The notes under the pieces were generated by a model. That model had not been told where the DNA came from, searched no databases, and saw nothing but the letters and a program-made list of their open reading frames with translations. Positions 29,591 to 40,096 of a stretch of 64,000 bases of DNA are shown here, in pieces; within the stretch, counting starts at the first letter, position 1, and the number at the start of each line of letters is the position of its first letter. Made by a program: the position numbers and the translations under genes. The stretch is from a candidate division WOR-3 bacterium (lineage in GTDB: Bacteria; Hydrothermota; Tepidihabitantia; Tepidihabitantales; Tepidihabitantaceae): assembly GCA_037441285.1 (NCBI GenBank), contig JBBISL010000002.1:1-64000 (forward strand), given 5' to 3'.

Positions 29591-30799
29591 CTAATTGTTC
29601 CGAACATTAACCCGAAACCCAAACGATAATGGTTCTTGCGAAGCCAGAGCCGCCACGACCCTTACCATCTCATCTCCTCCGATGTCCGCAAAACTACACC
29701 TTTCGGCATCCTCCCAGACCCCGATTCCCAGCACCGCTCCATCCAGAACCAGAACTGTTACCCCTTGGCTCTTTCTCGGTCCAGCAGGAACTATCGTCCG
29801 TAACCTCGCTCCAACCGGCAGGTCAAACACCGGCTCGGCTTTCAACTGTTGATTACTCGCCAGTAATGTTTTAAGTACAACTTGCTTCGATGCGTCACCG
29901 GCGACCGGTATTGATTTACCGGAAAAATCTCCACTATCCGCCCATACCGCATCCCAGACTTCTACCCGGCCCATACCAAACAGTAATCTCAATGTGGGAT
30001 TGGAGAAATTACGGTCAATTAGCACCTCAAATTTATTGCAGGATAAAAAACCTAACGACTTAAATTGAGATTCAACCTCGAGAAACTTTAATCGATTACG
30101 GATAATTGACTTCGCCTTGTTTATTTTAAAAATCCCTTTCGCCTCCGCGGCATCAAGAAATACGCTCACGGCTGGAACAAAAGGAAATTTTATCCTGCCC
30201 GCGCGATTAAACCGGCCAAATCTCATCTCCCACTCGGCACTTTTGTCCTCGGCATAACAATAAATCCGCCGGGGTAAACCTGTTCTGCCATCCATCTCAA
30301 GAATTCCGATAATCTGTTTTAATCCGGGCAGGTCAAGAAGTGGAAGATTGGGCTTAAATCGATACCGATAACGCCCCTTTTCCAACCCGAGAAACTCCAG
30401 TTGAGCGTTGTGTAACACCTGCTCAATTTGCTTAAAAATTCTGGACTCTACTCCCCTGGGCATCTTATACCAGCCGCTATCCTCCAATGCAAACTGCCAC
30501 TCTCCTTTTGCCCTGATTCGGACCGTTTTTCTATCTTTTTCTCGTTCCCAGTAACCATCCCATTTTTCCCTGTCTGGAATATTGTATACCCCGGAAAATC
30601 GCGCAGATATCGTTGTGGGCCAATCGGTGTGGTAATAAAGTGAAAAACTGAAGGAATTAAGCCGATTGAGACTTTTCCAGATGTCCTTGTCCACCGGTTC
30701 GGGGTCAAATTGTTGTCTTACAAACTTTGGGCTACACCCCAGAATGAGAATAATTATTCCGAATACTACGCGCTTATTAAAAATCGTAGCCAAGTTCAA
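29591..30799 (-). CDS. Hypothetical lipoprotein; C-terminal half resembles the SecD periplasmic P1 domain
   Basis: Lipobox-like ILGC; IIRNRL, VLVLDG and terminal AALASQEPL segments; start codon uncertain. Confidence 0.55.
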   Translation of the reverse strand: MNLATIFNKRVVFGIIILILGCSPKFVRQQFDPEPVDKDIWKSLNRLNSFSFSLYYHTDWPTTISARFSGVYNIPDREKWDGYWEREKDRKTVRIRAKGEWQFALEDSGWYKMPRGVESRIFKQIEQVLHNAQLEFLGLEKGRYRYRFKPNLPLLDLPGLKQIIGILEMDGRTGLPRRIYCYAEDKSAEWEMRFGRFNRAGRIKFPFVPAVSVFLDAAEAKGIFKINKAKSIIRNRLKFLEVESQFKSLGFLSCNKFEVLIDRNFSNPTLRLLFGMGRVEVWDAVWADSGDFSGKSIPVAGDASKQVVLKTLLASNQQLKAEPVFDLPVGARLRTIVPAGPRKSQGVTVLVLDGAVLGIGVWEDAERCSFADIGGDEMVRVVAALASQEPLSFGFRVNVRNN

Positions 30800-33602
30800 A
30801 CAGAAACTTCCAGCTTTTATCTTCGGTTACCGAGAGCGGTTTGGCAAAGTCCAGTTTCAGATAGAAAAACCAGACAGGGATTCGCAATCCTGCCCCAACC
30901 CCGAGTTTCAGGTCTTTTAACCGTTGCCCATCCCAGATGCACATACTGTCCCGGAAAATCACTCCACCATCAAGGAATGCTACACCCCTGATACCGCGAA
31001 TATCTATCGGTAAAGGAAATGCGATATTTAACCGGTCGATAAATGGATAGCGCAACTCTAAGTTAAACAGTCCGATTCCCGGACCCTGCTGCTCGTAAAA
31101 TTCACCCCAGTTGTAACCGCGTACATCTTCGCCCCCAAGATAAAAAGAGTCTGATTCTCCAAAACCCATTGCGCTGGCAACCCGGCTCGCAAAAACAAAC
31201 CTCCGACCCAACCGCAGATAGTGGCGAAAATCACCGATTAACATCTCATAACGGCGGCTTGATATCCCAGGAATTGATGCCCCGGCTTCAACACGCGTAC
31301 GCACCCCCCGAACCGGACCAAACTCATCGGGCCAGTAGGTGTTATCAAACACTAACGCCCCGCTTCCATAAAACAGCCACTCCCGAAAACGTTCAACTTG
31401 ATACCAATTTTCATCATAAAGCCACACCCCGATTTCGCTCTCCGTCCCTGAAATTCCCGCCTCAAATCTCGTAAACCGGTCCAGGGGATAACTGGCAATC
31501 GCTCCGCCGCCCCGATTGACTCTATTAACTGCAAGATAACCCGGATAATAATAAGGAACATCAAAGATTTGAAACAAAGTAAACCCATAATCAATCCGAT
31601 TGCGTAAAAACCAGTACTCGAGAATCAGGTTGGAGTTTAAAATGTCGCCGTAAAGGTCGGTGTAAATTGCAAAACGATGGTCACCCAATATGTCACTCAT
31701 TTCCAGATAAACCGTGCCGGCAAACCCTCCTCCGGCTCCGCTACTATAAGAGGCAGCGCCGGCAACATAATCCAGTGCCAGACTAAAACCAACCGGTTTT
31801 ACCTTCGCAAAGTCCAATCCACTCCTTGTGAACCGCATCGTATCAACCGCGCCAACTTTCTCAAGAGTATCTACCGGAATCTTTTCCAGCGGGTCAAAAA
31901 TTATCGCAACATCCCAGCCCACATTGGAGAAGTAGGCAAAGACAAGTTTTCGGTCGTTTCGGGAAACTGAAAGATAGGAAACTTCACCTAAAAAATCGGT
32001 GCGCCGCACAACCCGGTCTTCTTTCAGAGAATAAATGCAGATGTTTTGGGATGAAGAGTCTGCGGCAACCCAGAACAGATACTCGCCCGAATTGGCAAAC
32101 ACCGGATAACCGTAAAAACCACTCTGGGTTGTGATTCGCACCATCTCCCCTTTTGGGGTCCTTAACCACACCGCATACCTTCCCGGAACCCAATCAACAC
32201 CCGGCTCCGGACGGTCCGAAACAAACACAATCGTATCTCCAGAAGGAGAAAATGCCGGGTCTTTATCTTCAAACATATCGTAAGTAAGCCTTTGCGGGGT
32301 TCCTCCTTTAATCTCAACCACATAGATATCACTGAAACCATTTTTCACACCAACAAAAACCAGCCGTTTACCATCAGGCGAGAATTTCGGGGTGTAAATG
32401 GCATCAAGATTACCCGAAATGCGCCGCACCACTCTGCCATTATCGACATCAATTAAAGTAATGTTGTCCTTCCCTTTTGCCGTCGCGACAACCGCCAGAA
32501 CCTTCTCATCGGGCGACCAGGCAACACCCGGACGTATTAGATGCAGCCCTTCAAAACCGCCCGAACGCCCGCCCCGCACCAGACGTTTTATTATTTGGCC
32601 ATTAAGCGCCGAGAGCAAGTACAGGTCAACATACTCTGCCCGGTCCGAAACCATCGCTATTTTTGCGCCACTGGGTGAAATTGCCGGTGCGGTATTGTAC
32701 ACCGAGCCGTCCTGCTTATGGTCGGTCAAATGTTCCGCAATTCGGTCAAAATTCGCCACCTTCACTATTTCAGGCCAGTAGCGTATCTTGAGCCACTTCT
32801 CCCACTCCTCCCCGATTTTTTTCTGACTCAAACCAAAAACCGCCTGAAAAGTCGCTTCAAGGCTCTTTTTACTGCGCAGTGTATTCATAAACTCGTAAAC
32901 CTTCTCGCGACCGTAGCGCTCGGCAACATAATGAAAAAACGACTCGCCCTCCCGATAGGCAAGATACCCATAATTGTCGTTCAACTCCACAAGGGAAATT
33001 AGGCGACCATTAATCACCAGGTCCCGCATAAAAATCTCCGAGTTTACCGTTACCCAGCCGGACTGGAACTCGGCAAAGCCTTCCATAATCCAGAGCGGCA
33101 CCTGAAACTCATTTATTGCACCCAGGAGTACCGCTAATTTTGAACGATAAAACATCTGAAATTCAAAAATATGGGTAAGTTCGTGTCCAATCACATGATA
33201 AAAGTCGCTGTAAGAGCCGTTAAAAGGAACAACTATCCGATTCCGGATCAACTCCGAAAAACCGCCCACCCCTTCATCAAGCAAATCGGTGATAACATTG
33301 GTCTCGCTAAACTGCCCGGGTGAAAGGTAAATGATAATCGGAACCCTGGACTCCAGCTCCGTCTTGAGGTCTTGGCTTAACTTTGCGTAAAAATCCTCTG
33401 CCGCCCGGGCGGCAAACTCAGCAACACCTTCACCCCCCGGGTAAAAAAGAATCTTAAAATGTTCTGTTTCAAAACTTTGAAACTGGTAATCCCGGGTTTG
33501 AACCTTGTTCTTCCCGAAATAAGAAAATTGGGCAAAACCGACGCCCCAAAAACAAAACACCCACACAAGCACAACTTTTTGCGCAAAATGGAGTTTCGGC
33601 AT
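30777..33602 (-). CDS. Metallopeptidase (MA) + TolB-like propeller + Omp85 barrel protein
   Basis: Signal peptide, FGKNKVQ, HELTH...WIMEGFAE, PD40 repeats (WSPD, FSPDG, FSPSG), VRGY, terminal FELGYDF. Confidence 0.85.
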   Translation of the reverse strand: MPKLHFAQKVVLVWVFCFWGVGFAQFSYFGKNKVQTRDYQFQSFETEHFKILFYPGGEGVAEFAARAAEDFYAKLSQDLKTELESRVPIIIYLSPGQFSETNVITDLLDEGVGGFSELIRNRIVVPFNGSYSDFYHVIGHELTHIFEFQMFYRSKLAVLLGAINEFQVPLWIMEGFAEFQSGWVTVNSEIFMRDLVINGRLISLVELNDNYGYLAYREGESFFHYVAERYGREKVYEFMNTLRSKKSLEATFQAVFGLSQKKIGEEWEKWLKIRYWPEIVKVANFDRIAEHLTDHKQDGSVYNTAPAISPSGAKIAMVSDRAEYVDLYLLSALNGQIIKRLVRGGRSGGFEGLHLIRPGVAWSPDEKVLAVVATAKGKDNITLIDVDNGRVVRRISGNLDAIYTPKFSPDGKRLVFVGVKNGFSDIYVVEIKGGTPQRLTYDMFEDKDPAFSPSGDTIVFVSDRPEPGVDWVPGRYAVWLRTPKGEMVRITTQSGFYGYPVFANSGEYLFWVAADSSSQNICIYSLKEDRVVRRTDFLGEVSYLSVSRNDRKLVFAYFSNVGWDVAIIFDPLEKIPVDTLEKVGAVDTMRFTRSGLDFAKVKPVGFSLALDYVAGAASYSSGAGGGFAGTVYLEMSDILGDHRFAIYTDLYGDILNSNLILEYWFLRNRIDYGFTLFQIFDVPYYYPGYLAVNRVNRGGGAIASYPLDRFTRFEAGISGTESEIGVWLYDENWYQVERFREWLFYGSGALVFDNTYWPDEFGPVRGVRTRVEAGASIPGISSRRYEMLIGDFRHYLRLGRRFVFASRVASAMGFGESDSFYLGGEDVRGYNWGEFYEQQGPGIGLFNLELRYPFIDRLNIAFPLPIDIRGIRGVAFLDGGVIFRDSMCIWDGQRLKDLKLGVGAGLRIPVWFFYLKLDFAKPLSVTEDKSWKFLFELGYDF

Positions 33603-33644
33603 TTACTTAATTAGACCCATCAAACCTCAAAAAATCCACTAATT

Positions 33645-34550
33645 TCACTTGCCATCATTAAACATAAAAAGCCGGTCTGCCACTTTGTAACCGTAAGCCA
33701 TATCGTGTGCGGTGTGACCATAACATATCCCGCCCCGCGCATCAAACCCAATCGCGCCGCAAACGATTTTCTTCCGTTTTGCCTCTGCCAACGCCAGAAT
33801 AATTGCGGTTGAAGCGGGCATCGTCTTCATCCGGTCCACAATATCCTTTGCCAGCAGAATTCGCAATATCGCTTCGCCGTGTCCGGTACAGGACACCGCA
33901 CCATTAGGCGAGGCATAGGTGCCGGCACCCAGTATCGCCGAATCACCAACCCTTCCTTTCAGCCTGCCAGCGATTCCTCCACTTGATGTCGCTGCTGCCA
34001 GATGGCCGTTGCGGTCAATCGCCACCGCTCCCACCGTCCCCATTTTCTGCTCCTCACTTAGTTTCAATCGCTGGTTCAACTTTACGAAATAAGGTGACCC
34101 CTCCTTTTTGATTTTCTCCAGACGGGCACGCGCCCGTTCGGTAATCGCCTGATACTCTTCAAAACCCATCTGCCGGGCAAACTCCACCGCTCCCTGTCCC
34201 GCAAGTATCAAATGGTCTGTGTAAACCATCACCTTCTCCGCTACCAGAATCGGATTCTTCACACCGCTAATACAGCAAACCCCGCCAAATCGACCATCCT
34301 GCGTCATCACCGCCGCATCCATTTCCACTTCACCATTGAGCGTCAAACTGGAACCGGTACCGGCATTAAATATCGGATTGTCTTCCATAATCACCACCGC
34401 CTTAATGACCGCTTCCAGGGCACTGGCACCCTGGCGCAGCAACCGATAACCCTCTTCAATTGCCACTTTCAAACCCGCAGCATACTCTTCCTTTTCCTCA
34501 ATCTTACCAACACCACCGTGGCAAATTATCCCAACCGGTCTATTCTCCAT
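33645..34550 (-). CDS. Isoaspartyl peptidase / L-asparaginase (Ntn hydrolase)
   Basis: HGGVG, FNAGTGS, EMDAAVM, GTVGAVA, GRVGDS, TGHGE. Confidence 0.92.
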   Translation of the reverse strand: MENRPVGIICHGGVGKIEEKEEYAAGLKVAIEEGYRLLRQGASALEAVIKAVVIMEDNPIFNAGTGSSLTLNGEVEMDAAVMTQDGRFGGVCCISGVKNPILVAEKVMVYTDHLILAGQGAVEFARQMGFEEYQAITERARARLEKIKKEGSPYFVKLNQRLKLSEEQKMGTVGAVAIDRNGHLAAATSSGGIAGRLKGRVGDSAILGAGTYASPNGAVSCTGHGEAILRILLAKDIVDRMKTMPASTAIILALAEAKRKKIVCGAIGFDARGGICYGHTAHDMAYGYKVADRLFMFNDGK

Positions 34551-34562
34551 CAATCCTCCTTA

Positions 34563-35393
34563 CTAACTCTGACACCGGGGACAGAAGTAACTACTGCGAT
34601 TACCAAATCTTACTCTTTTAACCAAACTGCCGCACCGGCGACAGGCTGAACCTTTTCTACCAAAAACCATAAGTTGATTTTGGAATTCGCCCCGCGCGCC
34701 ATCCGGCTTAAGATAGCGTCCATCCATCATTGTCGTGCCCATCCACCTGATTCCAGCTTTTAGTACCGCTCTTAACGCCCTTGCCAGTTGATAAACCTCG
34801 CCCGGTTTTAATGTGTACGCCCGCCGCATCGGTTTAATCTTCGCTCGAAACAACGCCTCATCCGAATAGATATTACCGACACCGGCACATATCGTCTGGT
34901 CCATTAACAGACTCTTTATCTTCGCCTGCCGCCCTTGCAACTTCGCCATCAGATATCTACCGTTAAATCTCCGGTCAATCGGTTCTAACCCTAAACGCTC
35001 CAGGCCCTTCAAAACCGGCGGCAACTCTGAACCCGCAACAAAATACACCTTGCCCAGAACCCGGGGCTCAATAAAAGAAAGGGCTGTGCCATTGGTAAAC
35101 ACAAACCGCACCCTTTCATAATCGGGAACCTCATCACCCTTAACCACGCGAAGATGACCACTCAACCGTAAATGAACAATCAACCGACCATAAGGATAGA
35201 GATAGATTATCAGGTATTTACCCCGACGCGCCAGTTGTTTTATTTTTGCCCCTTTCAACTCCTGACAGAACTTCTCTGGTTCCGGAAAACCAACCGCATC
35301 TTGACGCCGAACGAACACATTACCGATCTGAAGATTTTTCAAAATTGGCGTTAAAGACCTTCGAATTGTTTCGACCTCAGGAAGTTCGGGCAT
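34563..35393 (-). CDS. mutM: Formamidopyrimidine-DNA glycosylase
   Basis: MPELPEVE, RRGKYL, GVGNIYSDE, CRRC...CPRCQ zinc finger. Confidence 0.96.
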   Translation of the reverse strand: MPELPEVETIRRSLTPILKNLQIGNVFVRRQDAVGFPEPEKFCQELKGAKIKQLARRGKYLIIYLYPYGRLIVHLRLSGHLRVVKGDEVPDYERVRFVFTNGTALSFIEPRVLGKVYFVAGSELPPVLKGLERLGLEPIDRRFNGRYLMAKLQGRQAKIKSLLMDQTICAGVGNIYSDEALFRAKIKPMRRAYTLKPGEVYQLARALRAVLKAGIRWMGTTMMDGRYLKPDGARGEFQNQLMVFGRKGSACRRCGSLVKRVRFGNRSSYFCPRCQS

Positions 35394-35430
35394 TAAAATC
35401 CTTTTCTGCTCTTGAGCCTTCAGGACACCG

Positions 35431-36987
35431 TTATTTCAGCCGCTTCAGAATTTCCGCGACCGAATGAGCCGGTTCCAGTATCTCCACCGCCTTTTTCACA
35501 TACGAGTCGCGGCGCAGGCGCATCTGATACTCACCGTGCAAGCCGTCTATTTTCCCACCGATTTCAATTTCAATCATCTCCGCTATCGCATCCCGCGTTG
35601 AATCAAACTCCGCATCGGTAAATTCCAGCTTTTTCTTCCCCTTGAGAAATTCCTTAAACTGCGCAAGAACCTTATCATCGGCTCGGAAATCCATAGTTAA
35701 ATCCGGATGGCTGTTCGCATACTCAGTAGCAAAATCAAAGAATGCGGCGCGGGGAATCCGGGCTGCCAAACCAATGAGTTTATCCGGCGGCAGATAGATA
35801 TCTGGTGCAATTCCACCTCCACCGTACAAAGTACGGCGCAGCGGTCCTAAAGTGCGAAAAGTCTGCTTGGTGGCTTTTGTTGTATCTTTCAGCACCACCG
35901 GGCTTTTTTCCTGCGCTTTGTTGATACAACGACCACTCGGGGTGTACCAGTAAGCGGTTGTAATTTTCATCCCGATATCACTTCCCAGTGGGTGTATCGT
36001 CTGTACCGAACCTTTACCAAATGTTGTATCTCCAACAACAACCGCTCGCTCCCAATCCTGCAACGCACCGGCAACAATCTCTGCGGCTGAAGCGCTACCT
36101 CGGTCCACCAATACCACCATTGGATAATCGCCGTATTTATCCTCGGCTTCGGCAACAAAATCCTGATTGGTTTCTCTTAGCCGCCCTTTTGTTCGGACAA
36201 TAAGTTTCCCCGGTCCCAAAAACAAATCCGACACCTCTTTGCCTTCCTGCAATAGACCGCCACCGTTTGAGCGTAAATCAAATATCAGTTTTTTTGCCCC
36301 GCTTTTGAAGAGGGAATCCATCGCCTGCAGCATATCTTTGGAAGCAACCCGTGACATATCCGCCAGTCGGATATAACCGATATCCCTGGTCACCATTCCA
36401 AAATAGGGAACCGATTTGATATTGATAATCGCGCGGGTCAACTCAAAGGGAATCAGGTCCTGAACACCGGGCCGGGCAATCTTAATTCTCACCTTGGTTC
36501 CGGGTTCGCCCCGTAGCAGTTTTACCGCATCCTCGGTCGTAAAACCCTGCGTTGACTTTCCTTCGATTTCCGCGATGCGGTCGCCGGCACGAATCCCGGC
36601 TCGTGCCGCTGGTGTTCCTTCAATCGGCGAGATAACCGTCAACTGCTCGTCGACCATTCCGATGTGGATGCCGATTCCCCCAAACTGCGCCTCAGTTTTT
36701 ATCCGCAACTCCTTGAAATCGGTCTCATCTAAAAACTCCGAATAGGGGTCGAGCGACTGCAACATCCCCTTTACCCCTTCACGAATCAGTTTGTCACTGT
36801 CCACCGGCTCCACATAACTGTTAAGCACAATTCCCACCACCCGGGAAAACATCTGCAGACTCTCGGTCAGATTGGCACCGCGTTGCGCCCACAGTTTGCC
36901 TAACAAACCACCCACGAACGCCGCTACTAAAAAAATTCCGATAAATACCGATGCCGGTGCAAAATACCTCTTCATCCGGGACCTCAT
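35431..36987 (-). CDS. ctpA: Carboxyl-terminal processing protease (S41) with PDZ
   Basis: LDPYS, FGGIGI, DLRSNGGG, SASAAEI, GKGSVQ. Confidence 0.92.
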   Translation of the reverse strand: MRSRMKRYFAPASVFIGIFLVAAFVGGLLGKLWAQRGANLTESLQMFSRVVGIVLNSYVEPVDSDKLIREGVKGMLQSLDPYSEFLDETDFKELRIKTEAQFGGIGIHIGMVDEQLTVISPIEGTPAARAGIRAGDRIAEIEGKSTQGFTTEDAVKLLRGEPGTKVRIKIARPGVQDLIPFELTRAIINIKSVPYFGMVTRDIGYIRLADMSRVASKDMLQAMDSLFKSGAKKLIFDLRSNGGGLLQEGKEVSDLFLGPGKLIVRTKGRLRETNQDFVAEAEDKYGDYPMVVLVDRGSASAAEIVAGALQDWERAVVVGDTTFGKGSVQTIHPLGSDIGMKITTAYWYTPSGRCINKAQEKSPVVLKDTTKATKQTFRTLGPLRRTLYGGGGIAPDIYLPPDKLIGLAARIPRAAFFDFATEYANSHPDLTMDFRADDKVLAQFKEFLKGKKKLEFTDAEFDSTRDAIAEMIEIEIGGKIDGLHGEYQMRLRRDSYVKKAVEILEPAHSVAEILKRLK

Positions 36988-37631
36988 ACCTTCTTTTTCC
37001 CCTTTCTTTCTAACATACGGTCAACCAGCAACCTGATTTCCTTCTGAATCTCCATTGGTTCTCTTTCGCCCGCAACCACTTTTATTCTACCTGGGGCCCG
37101 ACGGGCTAACCGCAGATAACCGTCACGGACGCGCTCATGAAATTTTACCTCCTCCTGCTCCATTCTGTCAAGTTTGCCCTTTTCCTTTCTTTGGTAGCCG
37201 ACCTTGACCGGTACATCAACCAGAAATGTAATGTCCGGTTTTAACCCTCTTGTTGCCAGTTTATTCAAACGGCTAACAACCTTTTCCCCTAACTCTCGGC
37301 CAAAGCCCTGGTAGGCAACCGAAGAATCGGCAAACCGGTCAAGAACCACCACCTTTCCCGCTCTTAATGCCGGCAAAATCTTTTCCCGCACATGCTGATT
37401 CCGGCTCGCCAGGTAAAGAAAAAGTTCGGTACGGGCATCCATCTGGCGGCAATCCGGGTCCAGCAGGATATTGCGAATACGCTCGCCGATTTCCGTGCCA
37501 CCCGGTTCACGGGAAAAAACAACCTCCCGCCCTCTTTCTTTAAGATATTCGGCTAAAAGTTGTGCCTGGGTTGACTTCCCCGAACCTTCAACCCCCTCAA
37601 ATGTAATCAATACGCCCCGCACTGCGCCCAT
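36984..37631 (-). CDS. tmk: Thymidylate kinase
   Basis: FEGVEGSGKSTQ, REPGGT, DRFADSSVAYQG. Confidence 0.96.
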   Translation of the reverse strand: MGAVRGVLITFEGVEGSGKSTQAQLLAEYLKERGREVVFSREPGGTEIGERIRNILLDPDCRQMDARTELFLYLASRNQHVREKILPALRAGKVVVLDRFADSSVAYQGFGRELGEKVVSRLNKLATRGLKPDITFLVDVPVKVGYQRKEKGKLDRMEQEEVKFHERVRDGYLRLARRAPGRIKVVAGEREPMEIQKEIRLLVDRMLERKGKKKV

Positions 37632-37644
37632 TCCGGGCGACTAC

Positions 37645-38742
37645 TTAAAGTCGCGCCTTTCGCTTCTTCAATCCATAGCGGGCGATAAACGCCTCGGTCT
37701 TTTCGCGGCAGACATCATCCGGAAACTGAACCGGTGGCGTCTTCATAAAATAACTGGAGGGACCGATAATCGGACCGGAAAGCCCGTTATCAAGCGCCAG
37801 TTTGGCGCAACGGATGGCGTCAATCACCACCCCAGCCGAATTAGGTGAATCCCAGACCTCCAGTTTCAACTCAATATTAAGTGGCACATCGCCAAATGTC
37901 TGGCCCTCCATCCGCAGATAACACCATTTGCGGTCTTTGAGCCAGGGCACATAATCACTCGGTCCAACATGGATATTTTCGGCGCCAATGTCGTATTTAA
38001 GAAGTGAAGTAACCGCACCGGTCTTGGATATCTTCTTAGAATGCAGCCTTTGCCGTTCCAGCATATTAAGGAAATCGGTATTGCCGCCAACATTGAGCTG
38101 CATCGTCTTCAACAACTTCACCCCCCGGTCATTGAACAACGATACCAGAGTCCGGTGCAAAATTGTTGCTCCGACCTGGGATTTGATATCATCGCCAATT
38201 ACCGGTAAACCCGCCGCTTTAAATCGGCGCTGCCAGTACTTCTGCGAAGCAATAAAAACCGGGATGCAGTTAATAAATGCGCACCCGGCTTTCAAAATCT
38301 GCTCCACATACCACTTGGTTGCCTCTTCACTGCCCACCGGCAAATAGTTAATGACCACATCGGTCTTAGTTTCCTTAATTTCCTTCACAATATCAGCGGT
38401 GGGACCGGGTGCCTTTTCGATAATCTGGGAAAGGTAGTAACCCAGTCCGTCGTGCGTCATCCCCCTAATCACCTTCACGCCCAGTTTGGGCACATCGGTA
38501 AACTTGTAGGTGTTGTTGGGGTAGGTGAAAATCGCCTGGGCGAGGTCTTTGCCCACCTTGCGTTTATCAATATCCACCGCCATACTGAACTCAATATCGC
38601 TGATGTGGTACCCACCCAGATTCACATGCATTATTCCGGGCAAAGACTCGTCCTCTCTGGCATTGCGGTAATAGTGGACCCCCTGCACCAGACTGCTGGC
38701 ACAGTTTCCAACGCCGATGATACCGACTCTGATCTTAGCCAT
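37645..38742 (-). CDS. ino1: myo-Inositol-1-phosphate synthase (bacterial/archaeal type)
   Basis: [52 protein letters not shown]. Confidence 0.95.
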   Translation of the reverse strand: MAKIRVGIIGVGNCASSLVQGVHYYRNAREDESLPGIMHVNLGGYHISDIEFSMAVDIDKRKVGKDLAQAIFTYPNNTYKFTDVPKLGVKVIRGMTHDGLGYYLSQIIEKAPGPTADIVKEIKETKTDVVINYLPVGSEEATKWYVEQILKAGCAFINCIPVFIASQKYWQRRFKAAGLPVIGDDIKSQVGATILHRTLVSLFNDRGVKLLKTMQLNVGGNTDFLNMLERQRLHSKKISKTGAVTSLLKYDIGAENIHVGPSDYVPWLKDRKWCYLRMEGQTFGDVPLNIELKLEVWDSPNSAGVVIDAIRCAKLALDNGLSGPIIGPSSYFMKTPPVQFPDDVCREKTEAFIARYGLKKRKARL

Positions 38743-38793
38743 TGTTCCTCCTGTTTCTACTCACACTTAAAAATAGACATTTTTCTTTTACTG

Positions 38794-39447
38794 TCAAGCA
38801 GGCCAGACACTTCCGAGAAATGGGTTAACCAGTAGTGCCCGGCCAAAACTTCCAGTCGGACCATGCCCGGGATAAAGCATCGTCTCCCGCTTAAGCAAAC
38901 CTTGCAATCGGGATAAAGACCGCTGCATCTGTCGCTCCGAGCCGCCGGGTAAATCACACCGGCCAATTGAATCAACAAACAGTGTATCACCGGTAAACGC
39001 AAAATCCTTCCCTAACAAACAGATGCTTCCCGGTGTATGGCCCGGTGTGTGCACCACCTGCAACCGTTCGCTACCAACGACTATTTCATCGCCATCATTT
39101 AGAAGCTGGTCCGGCTGGGGCGACTTCGTAATCATTCCCATTAGAACCGATAGATTTCCATTCGGTTCGGTCAGCATCGCCTCATCCAGTTGATGGATTA
39201 ACAGTTGGGCACCGGTCGCCTCCTGCACCTCTTTATTCGCCGCGATGTGGTCAATGTGGCCATGGGTGTTGACGATAAGTTTAACTTGTCCCCCTAACTC
39301 AGCGACTTTGTTAAGAATCACCTTGCCATCGCCTCCGGGGTCAATAATCAACATCTCCTCGCCCGACTTCAAAATGTAACAGTTAGTCTCCAGCGGTCCT
39401 ACCACCAGCTGCTCAATAATTGGCGTGGCTTCTTCTTTTTTATCCAT
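38794..39447 (-). CDS. MBL-fold metallohydrolase (glyoxalase II-like)
   Basis: THGHIDH, TPGHTPG, GDTLF, PGHG; ATG 39447 overlaps the ogt stop (TAATG). Confidence 0.92.
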   Translation of the reverse strand: MDKKEEATPIIEQLVVGPLETNCYILKSGEEMLIIDPGGDGKVILNKVAELGGQVKLIVNTHGHIDHIAANKEVQEATGAQLLIHQLDEAMLTEPNGNLSVLMGMITKSPQPDQLLNDGDEIVVGSERLQVVHTPGHTPGSICLLGKDFAFTGDTLFVDSIGRCDLPGGSERQMQRSLSRLQGLLKRETMLYPGHGPTGSFGRALLVNPFLGSVWPA

Positions 39448-39944
39448 TAACGCGCAACCCTGGCATCCCACCCCTTACCGACAACGCGCCACCCTTCAAA
39501 TTCCAGCAACCGACGCTTTATTTCCAGACCACCGTTAAACCCACCCAGCCTGCCATCAGCCGCCACAACCCGATGACAGGGAAAGAAAAGGGGTAATTGA
39601 TTGTTTGCCATTATCTGACCAACCGCCCGTGCTGCACCGGGCTTTCCTACGGCACGGGCTAATTCACCATAACTCATTATTTCGCCAAAACCGATGCGGG
39701 CGCACCGATTCAACACCCGCCGGGAAAATTCACCCCGGTCCGGGATTGCAACCTCAAACTCTGAAATCGGCCGTCCACACCGCAGTAACCGTTCAATCTG
39801 CTGCACCAGATTTCTGTCCGATGGTCCTGATTCATGTTCGCTCAACTCCACCTTTATCACTTTTCCCCGGTGCCAGTAAATCCGGACCCAGCCGAACGGC
39901 AACTTCGCCACCCGGCTGGTTACACATTTCTGGGCGTCGTCCAT
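39447..39944 (-). CDS. ogt: Methylated-DNA--protein-cysteine methyltransferase
   Basis: SYGELA, ARAVG, PCHRVV; start is 39944 or 39959. Confidence 0.92.
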   Translation of the reverse strand: MDDAQKCVTSRVAKLPFGWVRIYWHRGKVIKVELSEHESGPSDRNLVQQIERLLRCGRPISEFEVAIPDRGEFSRRVLNRCARIGFGEIMSYGELARAVGKPGAARAVGQIMANNQLPLFFPCHRVVAADGRLGGFNGGLEIKRRLLEFEGWRVVGKGWDARVAR

Positions 39945-40096
39945 CTTAGTCAAAATCATAAACTATTGCCCATAAAAGTCAAGTAAACTTCAATAAAACC
40001 CTGATAAACTTAGTTCTCGGTTACGACCAGCCCGCGGTTAAATCGGCGCCGTTTTTCTTGCCTGCGGTGATGAGAAAAAGTAAAATTATCTTACTA

